A stretch of DNA of 64,000 bases from Chloroflexota bacterium (lineage in GTDB: Bacteria; Chloroflexota; Limnocylindria; Limnocylindrales; CSP1-4). The DNA is taken from NCBI GenBank assembly GCA_040752335.1, contig JBFMEV010000012.1, positions 6,487 through 70,486 of the forward strand. The letters are read 5' to 3'. Below are positions 49,684-58,998 of the stretch, one piece after another (the stretch's first letter is position 1; each line of letters begins with the position of its first letter). A model generated the notes under the pieces. That model saw only the letters and a program-made list of their open reading frames with translations, did not search any database and had not been told where the DNA came from. Made by a program: the position numbers and the translations under genes.

Positions 49684-51168
49684 TCAGCCGCGGCGAAACG
49701 TGGGGGCGAGGGCCGGATACAGCTCCCGGTACGCCGCGTGGCCCGCGGCGTAGGCGCTTCGCGCAGGCCCCGGCGAGGCCGCCGGGCTCGTCCGGACGAG
49801 TGACGCCGCGGCCGACGTCACGTCGTGATACCAGCCCGCGCCGGTTGCCGCGAGGACGGCCGCGCCGAAGGCCGCGCCCTCCTTCGTGGACGTCGTCACG
49901 AGCTCGGTATCGAGGACGTCGGCGAGGATCTGGCACCACAGCTCGCTGGCCAGCCCGCCACCCGACGCGCGGATCTGGGCCGGCCGGGCCATTCCCGCCC
50001 CGAGCATGAGGTCGAGGCCGTCGCGCAGGCCAAAGGCGACCCCCTCGAGGACGGCCCGCGTGAGGTGGCGTCGGTCGTGCTGGACGGTGAGGCCCACGAA
50101 GGCGCCCCTGGCGAATGGATCGGGGTACGGGCTCCGTTCACCGGTCAGGTAGGGCAGGAAGAAGAGGCCGTCGGCCGCGGCCTCGACCTCCGCCGCCGGC
50201 GCGACGAGCTCGCCGAACCCCTCGCCCGGCGCGAGCGCGTCGCGGAACCAGCGCAGGCTGCCCGCGGCAGAGAGCATCACCGACATGAGGTGCCAGCGTT
50301 CCGGCACCGCGTGACAGAAGGCATGGACCCGGCCGTGCGCCTCGTGGATGGGAGCGTGCGTCGCCGCGAAGACCACGCCGGACGTCCCGAGCGAGAGGGC
50401 CACCACGCCCTCGGAGACGGCACCGACCCCGACCCCGTTCGCCGATTGGTCGCCACCACCCGCGACGACGGGCGTGCCGGCCCCGAGTCCCGTGGCCGCG
50501 GCCGCGGCCGGCGTCAGGCGCCCGGTGACCTCGGGGCCCTCATGGGTGGGCGGGAACCAGGCCGGGTCGAGCTCGAGGGCGGCAAGGACCTCACCCGACC
50601 AGGTCCGGGCGGCGAGGTCGAACAGGATCGTGCCCGAGCCGTCGGCCGTGTCCATCGCGTACTCGCCGGTGAGGCGGAGCCGGAGGTAGTCCTTGGGCAG
50701 GAGGACGTGGGCGAGGTCGGCCCAGGTCGCCGGCTCATGGCGCCGCACCCACAGGAGCTTGGGCGCGGTGAAGCCGGTGATCGCGTCGTTGCCGGTGACC
50801 TCGATGAGACGCTCTGCGCCCACCGCCCGCCGCATCTCGTCGCATTCCGCCGCGGTCCGCTGGTCGTTCCAGAGGATCGCCGGCCGGAGGACCTCCCCGG
50901 CCGCGTCGAGGAGGACCGCGCCGTGCATCTGGCCGGTCAGCCCGATGGCCTCGACGTCTGTGCCCTGCGCCCCGGCGCCTGCGAGCGCCCGGCCGATGGC
51001 CGTCACCGCCCCGTCCCACCAGAGGGCCGGATCCTGCTCGCTCCAGAGCGGCCTCGGCGTCTCGTAGCCGTACTCGGCGACGCCGATGCCGCCGACGGCT
51101 CCGTTGGCGTCGACGAGGACGGCCTTCGTCGCTGTCGTCGAGACGTCGATACCGAGGACGAGGCCCAT
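49684..51168 (-). CDS. xylB: Xylulokinase
   Basis: GLTGQMHG, ILWNDQR, LLPKDY, GGGDQ, LPYLTGER; downstream of xylA. Confidence 0.95.
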   Translation of the reverse strand: MGLVLGIDVSTTATKAVLVDANGAVGGIGVAEYGYETPRPLWSEQDPALWWDGAVTAIGRALAGAGAQGTDVEAIGLTGQMHGAVLLDAAGEVLRPAILWNDQRTAAECDEMRRAVGAERLIEVTGNDAITGFTAPKLLWVRRHEPATWADLAHVLLPKDYLRLRLTGEYAMDTADGSGTILFDLAARTWSGEVLAALELDPAWFPPTHEGPEVTGRLTPAAAAATGLGAGTPVVAGGGDQSANGVGVGAVSEGVVALSLGTSGVVFAATHAPIHEAHGRVHAFCHAVPERWHLMSVMLSAAGSLRWFRDALAPGEGFGELVAPAAEVEAAADGLFFLPYLTGERSPYPDPFARGAFVGLTVQHDRRHLTRAVLEGVAFGLRDGLDLMLGAGMARPAQIRASGGGLASELWCQILADVLDTELVTTSTKEGAAFGAAVLAATGAGWYHDVTSAAASLVRTSPAASPGPARSAYAAGHAAYRELYPALAPTFRRG

Positions 51169-51198
51169 GGCGTCAGCGATCGGCCGAGGTCGGACTCG

Positions 51199-52557
51199 TC
51201 AGCGCCCCGGGCCGCCCTCGCCGCCGTCGATCGCCCAGATCTCGCGGTTGACGAGGTTCTCCAGGAGCTCCTGCCGGCCCGAGACCGGCGTCGGGTCGAT
51301 CTCGCCCGTCAGGACCCGACCGGCGAGCATCTCGAAGAGGGCGCCGCCCGCCAGGATCGAGCGCCCGAGCTCGCCGTCCCAACCGGCGTAGCGGGCCGCC
51401 CGGAGCCGATCGATCTCCCCCCGCTCGATCATCCCGGCCGCCGCGAGGAGCGCCCGGGCGAGGGTGTCGATGCCGCCGATATGGGCGTGGACGAGGTCGG
51501 TCCGATCGACGCTCTGGCGGCGCAGCTTGGCATCGAAGTTGAAGCCGCCGGTCGTGAAGCCGCCGGAGCGGACGATCTCGTAGAGGGCGAGCGAGAGCTC
51601 GTCGACCGAGTTCGGGAACTGGTCGGTGTCCCAGCCGTTCTGGTAGTCGCCCCGGTTGGCATCGATGCTGCCGAAGATGCCGAGGGCGATGGCCTGGGCG
51701 ACCTCGTGGTGGAAGCTGTGGCCGGCGAGCGTGGCGTGGTTGGCCTCCAGGTTGACCCGGTACTCCTTCTCCAGCCCGTGCCGGGCGAGGAAGCCGTAGA
51801 CGGTCGCCGCGTCGTAGTCGTACTGATGCTTGGTGGGCTCCTGGGGCTTGGGCTCGATGAGGAGGCTGCCCTTGAAGCCGATCCGGTGCTTGTGCTCCGC
51901 GACCATCGCCAGGAAGCGGCCAAGCTGGCGCTCTTCGCGGGCGAGATCGGTGTTGAGGAGGGTCTCGTAGCCTTCGCGGCCGCCCCACAGGACGTAGTTC
52001 TCGCCGCCCAGGCGGTGGGTGGCCTCGAGCATGACCTTGACCTGGGCCGCCGCGTAGGCGAAGACCTCCGGGTCCGGGTTCGTCGCGGCGCCGGCCGCGT
52101 AGCGCGGGTGGCTGAAGAGGTTGGCCGTGCCCCACAGGAGGCGGACGCCCGTTCGGGCCATGTGAGCCTGGGCGTCATCGAGGATGGCGTGGAGGTTCGC
52201 GGTCGCCTCGGCGAACGTCGCGCCCGCCGGGGCGATGTCCCGGTCGTGGAAGCAGAAATAGGGGACGCCGAGCTTCTCGAAGAGCTCGAAGGCGGCGTCG
52301 AGCTTGGCCCGGGCAGCCAGCATCGGCTCCAGGCGCGGGTCGAGCCACGGCCGGTCGAAGGTTCCCGCGCCGAAGACGTCGGAGCCGGGCCAGTTGAACG
52401 AGTGCCAGTAGCAGACCGCGATCCGGAGGTGGTCGGCCATCCGCTTGCCGAGGACGAGCCGATCGGGCTGGTAGACCTTGTAGCTGAGCGGATCATCCGA
52501 CCCGAGGCCGCCGAACGGGATCGGACCGGAAACGGCCGGGAAGAATGGTTGGTTCAT
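51199..52557 (-). CDS. xylA: Xylose isomerase (class II)
   Basis: [41 protein letters not shown]; SD GGAGG before ATG 52557. Confidence 0.97.
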   Translation of the reverse strand: MNQPFFPAVSGPIPFGGLGSDDPLSYKVYQPDRLVLGKRMADHLRIAVCYWHSFNWPGSDVFGAGTFDRPWLDPRLEPMLAARAKLDAAFELFEKLGVPYFCFHDRDIAPAGATFAEATANLHAILDDAQAHMARTGVRLLWGTANLFSHPRYAAGAATNPDPEVFAYAAAQVKVMLEATHRLGGENYVLWGGREGYETLLNTDLAREERQLGRFLAMVAEHKHRIGFKGSLLIEPKPQEPTKHQYDYDAATVYGFLARHGLEKEYRVNLEANHATLAGHSFHHEVAQAIALGIFGSIDANRGDYQNGWDTDQFPNSVDELSLALYEIVRSGGFTTGGFNFDAKLRRQSVDRTDLVHAHIGGIDTLARALLAAAGMIERGEIDRLRAARYAGWDGELGRSILAGGALFEMLAGRVLTGEIDPTPVSGRQELLENLVNREIWAIDGGEGGPGR

Positions 52558-52621
52558 GTCAGGACCTCCACGACCGGCACGCGGGGCATCGTGCCGGGGC
52601 CTTGGCAGACCGAGTCCGCCG

Positions 52622-52655
52622 AGCGTAGCACACATTTGTGCGACACCAGCACAAA
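52622..52655 (-). promoter_or_regulatory. xylA extended -10 promoter overlapped by a palindromic operator
   Basis: TGcTACGCT on the minus strand; perfect TTTGTGC-N7-GCACAAA at 52635-52655. Confidence 0.7.
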
Positions 52656-52677
52656 ACTGGTCCGGGGTCGGGTAACG

Positions 52678-52749
52678 ATCATCCTCCGGCTCACCAGCCC
52701 ATCATGTACGGCTCACCAGCCGATCATCTGCGGCTCACCAGCCGATCAC
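52678..52749. repeat. Three tandem 22-23-bp units each containing a hairpin CGGCT-cacc-AGCC(G)
   Basis: ATCATcctCGGCTCACCAGCCC / ATCATgtaCGGCTCACCAGCCG / ATCATctgCGGCTCACCAGCCG. Confidence 0.85.
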
Positions 52750-52781
52750 GCCCTGATCATCCGCCGGTCGGTCGGCCGGGA

Positions 52782-53996
52782 TCATTCGGCCGCCTCGGCG
52801 GCCGCGAGGTAGCGTGGCTCGTCACGGCGGATGGGGTCCGGGTCGACGCCGCGGACGATGGCCATTCGCTCGGTCAACAGCTGGAGCGGAACGGTCGTGG
52901 CCAGGAGGGCCGCCACGGATCCCGGCAGGGCCGGAGCATCGGGGACGGTGATGCGGCCGGCCGGCGTGAGCGCCGGGTCCACGGCGTCGGACACGACCTC
53001 GGCGAGGATCGCCCCGACCGGCAGGTCGAGCTCCCGGGCCGCCCGGAGGACCCCCAGCGCGCGGGCCGTCCGGGGCCCTCGGGCGGCGCGATCGGCGAGG
53101 ACGAGGAGGAGCCCCGTCCGTCCGTCGATCCCGGCGAGGTGGCCGTGGAGGAGCGTCTCGAGGTCGCGCATCGCGGCCGGGAGGTGGACGCCCTCCTCGA
53201 TCTTGAGGGTCAGCTCGCGGGCGGCGGTCCGGTCCGCGCCCGAGCCAATGACGACGAGCCGGTCGATGCCGGCGAGCCCGGCGGCGAGCCCGTCCGCCGC
53301 GGCCTCGCTCGCCGGGCTCAGGCCCTCGGCGATGAGGCCGGCCGCGATCTCGGGGTCCGGGCCCGACCCGGACAGGTGTCCGCCCACCGCGGCGGCGGCG
53401 AGGATTGGAGAGAGGTAGCCGACCGTGTGGCACCAGCTCTGGTCGAGCTCGTCGGTCGTCACCGCGATGTCCGCGAGCGCCGCAGCCGGCGAGGCGGTGC
53501 TGACGGTGACGACGGCGGTCGTCGACCCGGCCGACCTCGCCGCATCGAGGGCCCGGTTCGTGGCCCACGTGGCACCCTCGTGGCTGATCGCGATGATGAG
53601 GCCGCCGGGGCCGGGCTGGGCGGACTCGAGCGAGGCCTCGAAGGCCTGGACCGCGACCGGGGCGCCACCCGCGCCGAGCGCGGCCGGCAGGCCGGCGGCC
53701 CGGGCCGCCTCGCGGAGGATCTCGGCCGTCGCCAGGGCGCCGTGCTCGCTCGTGCCGCAGCCGACGACGAGGATCGGCCGGCCGGCCGCCGCCGCGGCCC
53801 TGACCGCCGCCGCGAGCCTGGCCGCCGGGCTGTCGGGCCGGCCGAGCCGGGCGAGGAGCCGGCGGGCGAGGCCCGGCTCGGCCCGGATCATGTCGGTCAT
53901 GTGGTACGGGGGCCCGGCCCGCCGCGACGGCATGTCGGTGCTGGCCCACGGTTGGGACGGGCCGGGAAGGGGTGCATCGGGATCGAAGGCGGTCAT
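52782..53996 (-). CDS. Double SIS-domain sugar-phosphate isomerase/deaminase (GlmS/FrlB-like)
   Basis: GCGTSEHGA, AISHEGAT, SWCHT, ELTLKIEE, LHGH; TATCCT 6 nt before ATG. Confidence 0.85.
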   Translation of the reverse strand: MTAFDPDAPLPGPSQPWASTDMPSRRAGPPYHMTDMIRAEPGLARRLLARLGRPDSPAARLAAAVRAAAAAGRPILVVGCGTSEHGALATAEILREAARAAGLPAALGAGGAPVAVQAFEASLESAQPGPGGLIIAISHEGATWATNRALDAARSAGSTTAVVTVSTASPAAALADIAVTTDELDQSWCHTVGYLSPILAAAAVGGHLSGSGPDPEIAAGLIAEGLSPASEAAADGLAAGLAGIDRLVVIGSGADRTAARELTLKIEEGVHLPAAMRDLETLLHGHLAGIDGRTGLLLVLADRAARGPRTARALGVLRAARELDLPVGAILAEVVSDAVDPALTPAGRITVPDAPALPGSVAALLATTVPLQLLTERMAIVRGVDPDPIRRDEPRYLAAAEAAE

Positions 53997-54124
53997 CACC
54001 GGAGGATAGCCGTCCTCACGGCCGCCCCATGGCGACGCGCCCACGCTCGCCGGTGCCCGTTCGCCCCCGGCGACGGGTCATCTGGATTTGTGGCCCGGGT
54101 CCGACGGGGGCATGCTTGGGCGCG

Positions 54125-55144
54125 ATGGAGGGTTCGGGTCGTTCGACGTCCGGTGGCGAGCGGCTCGCCAAGCCGTCCGAGCGCTCTGTCCGAGCCGCCA
54201 CCGCACCACCGATGGACCGGGGTCCCGCGGCGCCCTGGCTTCGCTTCGTGGCCGTGGCGATCGGATCGGGCATCGCGTTCTGGGCGATCTACGGGGCGTT
54301 CGTGCTCACGGAGGCCGGCCAGCGATCCGAGAACCTGGCGTTGCTCGGCGCGGTGCTTCGGAGCGAGGCCGACCGGGAGGCGTCGCTCGGCCGCCTGTCC
54401 TTGATCAGCGTCGTGTCGTTCGGGATCGCGACCGTCCTCGTCTTTCTCGCGGCGACGATCCGTGGGAGGTCGCGATTGGGGCTGCTCGCGGTCGCCGTCA
54501 TGGCGGGCGCGATCGTGGCGGCGGAGATCCTCAAGGAGCTCCTGCCTCGACCGGCCCTCGTCGAGGGACCGGCGTGGATTCTGCGGAACGACTTCCCGAG
54601 CGGGACGTCCACGATCGCGGCCGGGATCGGCGTGGCGATGCTCCTCGTCAGCCCCGACCGGCTCCGCTGGCTCGCCCTGCCCCCCGCGGCCCTGACCGCC
54701 GCGCTCATCGGCCAGGCAACCCAGGTCGCCGGATGGCACCGCCTGAGCGGTGCGGTCGGCGGCACGTTCCTCGTCGTGGCGATCGCAGCAGCCGGCCTCG
54801 CGATCCTTGCCAGGGCCGGGCTCGTCGGCCGCTCGACCCACGGGCGAGTCAGCTCGCGCGTCCGGGGCCTGGTGATCGGTCTCGGGTCGATCCTCATCCT
54901 GGTCGGCGCCGTGGTCCTCGCCGTCTTCCTGGCCTTCCCCCTCCTCCGTGCGCCGGAGGGCGCGAGCAGCGCCTTCCTCCACACCGTCTTCGACGCGGTC
55001 GGCTCCGGCGCCACGGTCCTCGTCATCGTTGCCTTTGCCGTTGTGATCGAGCCGTATGCCCTCGGGGTCAGGGACGAACGAGCGGATCAGTCGCGCCGAT
55101 CGCCGGTCCCGCCGATCCGGCCGATCCGTCCGGGCGGCCCGTAG
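54125..55144 (+). CDS. PAP2-like multi-pass membrane protein
   Basis: KELLPRP, NDFPSGT, GWHRLS; about 8 TMs; start uncertain. Confidence 0.75.
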   Translation: MEGSGRSTSGGERLAKPSERSVRAATAPPMDRGPAAPWLRFVAVAIGSGIAFWAIYGAFVLTEAGQRSENLALLGAVLRSEADREASLGRLSLISVVSFGIATVLVFLAATIRGRSRLGLLAVAVMAGAIVAAEILKELLPRPALVEGPAWILRNDFPSGTSTIAAGIGVAMLLVSPDRLRWLALPPAALTAALIGQATQVAGWHRLSGAVGGTFLVVAIAAAGLAILARAGLVGRSTHGRVSSRVRGLVIGLGSILILVGAVVLAVFLAFPLLRAPEGASSAFLHTVFDAVGSGATVLVIVAFAVVIEPYALGVRDERADQSRRSPVPPIRPIRPGGP

Positions 55145-55551
55145 CGGAACCAGGCCCGGCCGACGAGGAGCTCCACCGGGACCGGTCCAAACCGGGTCGA
55201 GTCGATCGGCGGCCCAAAGCCCGCCGCCGCGGCGACCGAGGGCGCGGCGTCGGCCGTCAGCCAGGCCTCGTCCGGCCCGAGGACCAGGTAGCCGCCGGCG
55301 AACGGGATCCGCGCACCCGCCCGCCCGGCGACCCGCTTCAGAGCCAGCTCACCGGTATCGGGCTCGTGGAAGAGGACGATCGAGCCCGGCCGCGGCCAGC
55401 GTCGGACCGTCGGGTCCACCAGCAGCCAGTCGCCCGGTGCGATCCCCGGCAGCATCGATCCTTCCTCGACGCGGGCCCGCCAGGGCCCGCGGGGCACGCC
55501 GCGGAGCCAGCCCATCGCGGCGTTGACCGCTGCGCTCGCTCGTTCACGCAC
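55087..55551 (-). CDS. sodX: Nickel-SOD maturation protease (S26 family)
   Basis: SMLP...GDWLLV, LKRV, DSTRFGPV; directly downstream of sodN. Confidence 0.85.
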   Translation of the reverse strand: MRERASAAVNAAMGWLRGVPRGPWRARVEEGSMLPGIAPGDWLLVDPTVRRWPRPGSIVLFHEPDTGELALKRVAGRAGARIPFAGGYLVLGPDEAWLTADAAPSVAAAAGFGPPIDSTRFGPVPVELLVGRAWFRYGPPGRIGRIGGTGDRRD

Positions 55552-55619
55552 CTCGAAGTGCGCTCGCTCGTGTGCTCGCGGCCGCCTTGCGCTGGGCTCG
55601 GCTGTCCGCCGCGCGAGCC

Positions 55620-56060
55620 TCAGCCTGGGCGTCCCGCCACACGCGTCTTTGCCGGACCGCCGGTGGCCTTCCAGGCGGCGTCCACGTCATCGACGAGCTC
55701 GAGCAGCCGCTTCGCGTCGGCGAGGTCGACCGAGGCCTTGACCTTGGAGACCTGCTTGTTGGCCTGCCAGAACAGGTCGTGGAGGTTCGGTACGGCGTCG
55801 AGGTGCTCGGGCTTGAAGTAGTCGTGCCACAGGACGTCCAGGTGGTGCTTCACGAGGTCGGCCTGGCGCTCCTTGATGGCGATGGCCCGGGCGCGGAAGG
55901 TGGCGTCCTCGTTGGCCGCGTACTTCTCGACGATTCGGTAGCAGGACTCGGCCTCGATCCGGGCCTGCTCGGGGTCGTACACCCCGCACGGCAGGTCGCA
56001 ATGGGCGCGGGCGGTCGTCCGGGGGGCCAGCAGCCTGGCCAGCGTGCGCATCGGGGACAT
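55620..56060 (-). CDS. sodN: Nickel superoxide dismutase
   Basis: Ni-hook HCDLPCGVYDP after a short leader; LWHDYFKP; SD GAAGGAG. Confidence 0.97.
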   Translation of the reverse strand: MSPMRTLARLLAPRTTARAHCDLPCGVYDPEQARIEAESCYRIVEKYAANEDATFRARAIAIKERQADLVKHHLDVLWHDYFKPEHLDAVPNLHDLFWQANKQVSKVKASVDLADAKRLLELVDDVDAAWKATGGPAKTRVAGRPG

Positions 56061-56105
56061 GGGACTCCTTCGGTCGCTCATGCGGTCGCTCGATCTGACC
56101 CGCTG

Positions 56106-56134
56106 AGTGTCCGGAGGTGGGCCGGGGCTGTCAA
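56106..56134 (-). promoter_or_regulatory. Sigma70-type promoter of sodN
   Basis: TTGACA-N17-GACACT. Confidence 0.65.
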
Positions 56135-56168
56135 ACGCCGGCCCGGCGGGCCCCAGGCAAAGCCGCCG

Positions 56169-58280
56169 TCAGCGCGCGACCGCGTTCCGGACCGCGACGA
56201 GGACCGCGTCCGACACCACCGCGGAGCTGCCGGCCACGACGGCCCGCCAGGGCTCGATCCGGCCGATGTGCCAGTCGACGTCTTGGGGGAGGTCGGTGGG
56301 TCGGGTCAACAGGATCGGCGCGCCCTGGGCGCCGGCGGCCGCGGCCGAGGCCAGGGCATCGGGGAAGTTACGGCCGGTTGTGACGTAGACCACGGGTACG
56401 CCCGGCGCGAAGGTCGCGGCAACTGCGGCCGAGGTCACGTAGCGGTCCGGCCCGGCGATCCGGTTGATGGTCGCGGTCGGGAGGGCGGCGGTGATCGACG
56501 CCACGACTGCGTCACCCACCACGCTGGGCCCGCCGACGATGACGACTCGCTGTGGGGCCAGGCGAACGAGCTCCGCGAGGGTCACCGCCGGAACGACCGC
56601 GTCGCGGACAAGGAGGATTGGCCCGCCGTCGCGCGCCGCCGCGGGCGCCGCCGAGACGGCGTCGGCGAAGCCGAGGCCGGACACGACGTAGGCGATCGGA
56701 GCGCCGGTCGGGTAGGTCGCCGCCGAGATCGCGGCCGCGGTGGCGAAGCGGTCGGGACCGGCGATCCGGGCCGCTCCGCCCGTCGCGAGGGCCTGGAGTG
56801 CGGCAAGGACCGGGTCGGAGACCGCGGCGGGGCCACCGACCACCACGATCCGGGTTGGATTCAACCGCTGCAGCTCGGCAGCCGTGGCCGCCGGGATCGC
56901 GGACCGCGAGACGAGCAGGACCGGGGCACGGGCCGCCCCGGCCACCGCGGCTGCGGCGAGGGCGTCGGGGAAGTCGGCGCCGGTCGCGACGTAGGCGACA
57001 TCGATGCCCGGGGCGAAGGCATCGCGCGAGATGGCCGCGGCCGTGGCGTAGCGGTCCGGTCCGGCCAGCCTGAGCGTCCCGAACGAGGCGACGATCGCGT
57101 CCCAGTAGCCGGGAACGCCGCGGTCGTAGCCGAGAGTCCAGATCCCGACCCCCGCGAGGCCCCGCCTCGCGGCGAGGTCGTACTTGGCCCGGAGGGTCAC
57201 CGGATCGTCGAAGTAGGTCTGGGTCCAGGTCCCGGCCGCGTCGCGGATCGCGAACCACTTCGCGCCCTCGGCGGTGTCGTGGTTGATGACCGTCCCGGCC
57301 GGGATCGTGGCGAGGTCGTCGCTCGGGATGAAGACCCCGGCCGAGCTCGTCGTCGGGGCCCGGAGCTCGCCACTCGTCGTGTGCCACGATCGCCCGTAGT
57401 ACGGCAGGCCGAGGAGAATGCGGTCGGAGGGGACCCCCTTCGAGGCGTACAGGTCCAGCGTCCAGGTCAGGCTCTTTCCGCCGTCGGTGCGGGCGATCGG
57501 CGAGATGCTGCCGGCCGGGCTGGTGCCCGACGTCCGGTAGCTGTAGCCCATGATGAAGACACGGTCGGCGCCGTTCGCGAGCGCCTGGACGGCCATCCCG
57601 GCGCCAGACAGTGAGCCGTTCGTGGCGACCGAGACACGGGCGTCCGGGTTCCACGAGCGCAGCTTCGTCCGGAGCTGGCCGACGAACGCGCCGTACGCGG
57701 CGAAATCGACGTTCTCCAGCATCTCGACGTCGAGGTTCACGCCGTCGAGGCCCTCGGCCTGGACGAGGTCCGAGATCGCCGTCACGGCGGTCGCCATGGC
57801 GGTCGGGTTGCCGAAGAAGGCGGAGTTCTTATCCAGCCCGAAGGAGGTGATCGTCAGATCCACGCGCACCCCGGCGGCGTGGGCATGGTCGACGATCGCC
57901 GCGGCGGTCGAGCCCGTCACGGGGCCGTAGCCCGTGCCCGACGTCGAGATCGCGCCGCTCGACGTCAGGCCGACCGAGAAGAGGGCGATGTCGGTGAGGA
58001 GGTCGTAGCGGAGGTACGCGTCAGTCCCCGAGTTGATCTCCCAGTACGGCAGGTAGCCGTAGACCTCGCCCGAAAGGCGGTGCGCGAAGCGGGAGGCCGG
58101 CAGGGGCGCGGCGGCCGGTGCGGCTGCCGCCGGCGAGACGGCGGCGCCCCGGGAGGTCGCCGTCGCGACGTCGGCGCGCAGCCCGACCAGCCCCACGACC
58201 AACGGCGCGATGAGGAGTGCGACGAGGAGCCGAGTCCGGTGGGGCGAGTGGCGCGGCGCGTCGGCAGGCGTCGGATGCAC
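56169..58280 (-). CDS. Secreted GH18 glycoside hydrolase with three cell-wall-binding repeat 2 (CWB2) modules
   Basis: DGVNLDVE, LGLPYYG, GVGIWTLG; three R(L/I)AGPDR(Y/F).T...DAL.....A..P(I/V)LL repeats. Confidence 0.88.
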   Translation of the reverse strand: MHPTPADAPRHSPHRTRLLVALLIAPLVVGLVGLRADVATATSRGAAVSPAAAAPAAAPLPASRFAHRLSGEVYGYLPYWEINSGTDAYLRYDLLTDIALFSVGLTSSGAISTSGTGYGPVTGSTAAAIVDHAHAAGVRVDLTITSFGLDKNSAFFGNPTAMATAVTAISDLVQAEGLDGVNLDVEMLENVDFAAYGAFVGQLRTKLRSWNPDARVSVATNGSLSGAGMAVQALANGADRVFIMGYSYRTSGTSPAGSISPIARTDGGKSLTWTLDLYASKGVPSDRILLGLPYYGRSWHTTSGELRAPTTSSAGVFIPSDDLATIPAGTVINHDTAEGAKWFAIRDAAGTWTQTYFDDPVTLRAKYDLAARRGLAGVGIWTLGYDRGVPGYWDAIVASFGTLRLAGPDRYATAAAISRDAFAPGIDVAYVATGADFPDALAAAAVAGAARAPVLLVSRSAIPAATAAELQRLNPTRIVVVGGPAAVSDPVLAALQALATGGAARIAGPDRFATAAAISAATYPTGAPIAYVVSGLGFADAVSAAPAAARDGGPILLVRDAVVPAVTLAELVRLAPQRVVIVGGPSVVGDAVVASITAALPTATINRIAGPDRYVTSAAVAATFAPGVPVVYVTTGRNFPDALASAAAAGAQGAPILLTRPTDLPQDVDWHIGRIEPWRAVVAGSSAVVSDAVLVAVRNAVAR

Positions 58281-58490
58281 GAGCCCATCCCCCGGTGCGT
58301 TTTGGCGACAGGGATACCGTACGTCCGGACCGCGCCTGGTCCAACCCGCCCAAGGGTCTCGGGTGGCCCGGCCCGATGGTCCTCCCGGGACTCATGAACG
58401 AGCCAGCCTGATCGGGGCGGTGGCGCGAGACGCCGCGACCCGACGAGGTGCCCGCCGAATCCCGTCGGCAACACGCGCGGCCATCACGGG

Positions 58491-58934
58491 CTACCGAATG
58501 AGCGGGTTGACGATCCCGAGGACCCGACCCGAAACGGGTGCCAGCCCGACCGATAGCGAGGGCTCGATCGGGCCACCCGGGGCCGACGGCCCGAAGGTGA
58601 ACGTCACGAGCTGGACGAAGTCCTCGCCGGTACAGTCGAGCTGGGGCGGAACCTCGTCCCGGGGACAGCCCTGGAGCTCCACGGTCACCGCGATGACGCC
58701 GCGGTCGAGCTGCGCCGGGGCCTCCTCGCGAAGGACCCCCAGGGTGATCGCCACGAGGTCGTCGCAGGGCAGCGCGCCGGGGATGACGACGCGGGCGCCG
58801 CCGCATGACGGGGCGGGCAGGGACAGCCCGCTCGGCGAGGGGCTGCCGAGCGCCGCACAGCCTGCCACGAGCCAGGCCGCGGCGACCAGCGGGAGGCCGG
58901 TCAGGGGGCGGCGGGTCCGCGCTCGTCCATGCAT
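58491..58934 (-). CDS. Small Cys-containing lipoprotein
   Basis: LVAGC lipobox plus four further Cys. Confidence 0.65.
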   Translation of the reverse strand: MHGRARTRRPLTGLPLVAAAWLVAGCAALGSPSPSGLSLPAPSCGGARVVIPGALPCDDLVAITLGVLREEAPAQLDRGVIAVTVELQGCPRDEVPPQLDCTGEDFVQLVTFTFGPSAPGGPIEPSLSVGLAPVSGRVLGIVNPLIR

Positions 58935-58942
58935 GCGCGCCT

Positions 58943-58968
58943 GACGTCTCCCTGCCGGCGGTGGTTCC
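58943..58968 (-). promoter_or_regulatory. ECF-type promoter GGAACC-N15-ACGTC
   Basis: Minus strand GGAACCaccgccggcagggagACGTC ending 8 nt before the lipoprotein ATG. Confidence 0.5.
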
Positions 58969-58998
58969 GTCGTCCGATCCGCCGGTATCATCCTCCCG

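Noticed and set aside
52678-52749. Possible mini-CRISPR array
   Set aside because: Variable segments are only 3-4 nt and no cas genes are present; kept as a tandem repeat
49825-52812. 995-aa plus-strand ORF
   Set aside because: Antisense to xylA and xylB
55087-56060. sodN-sodX as a novel system
   Set aside because: Well-described nickel SOD and maturation protease pair
58281-58490. Cyclic dinucleotide riboswitch upstream of the GH18 gene
   Set aside because: Could not find c-di-AMP or c-di-GMP consensus elements by eye; an Infernal scan would settle it
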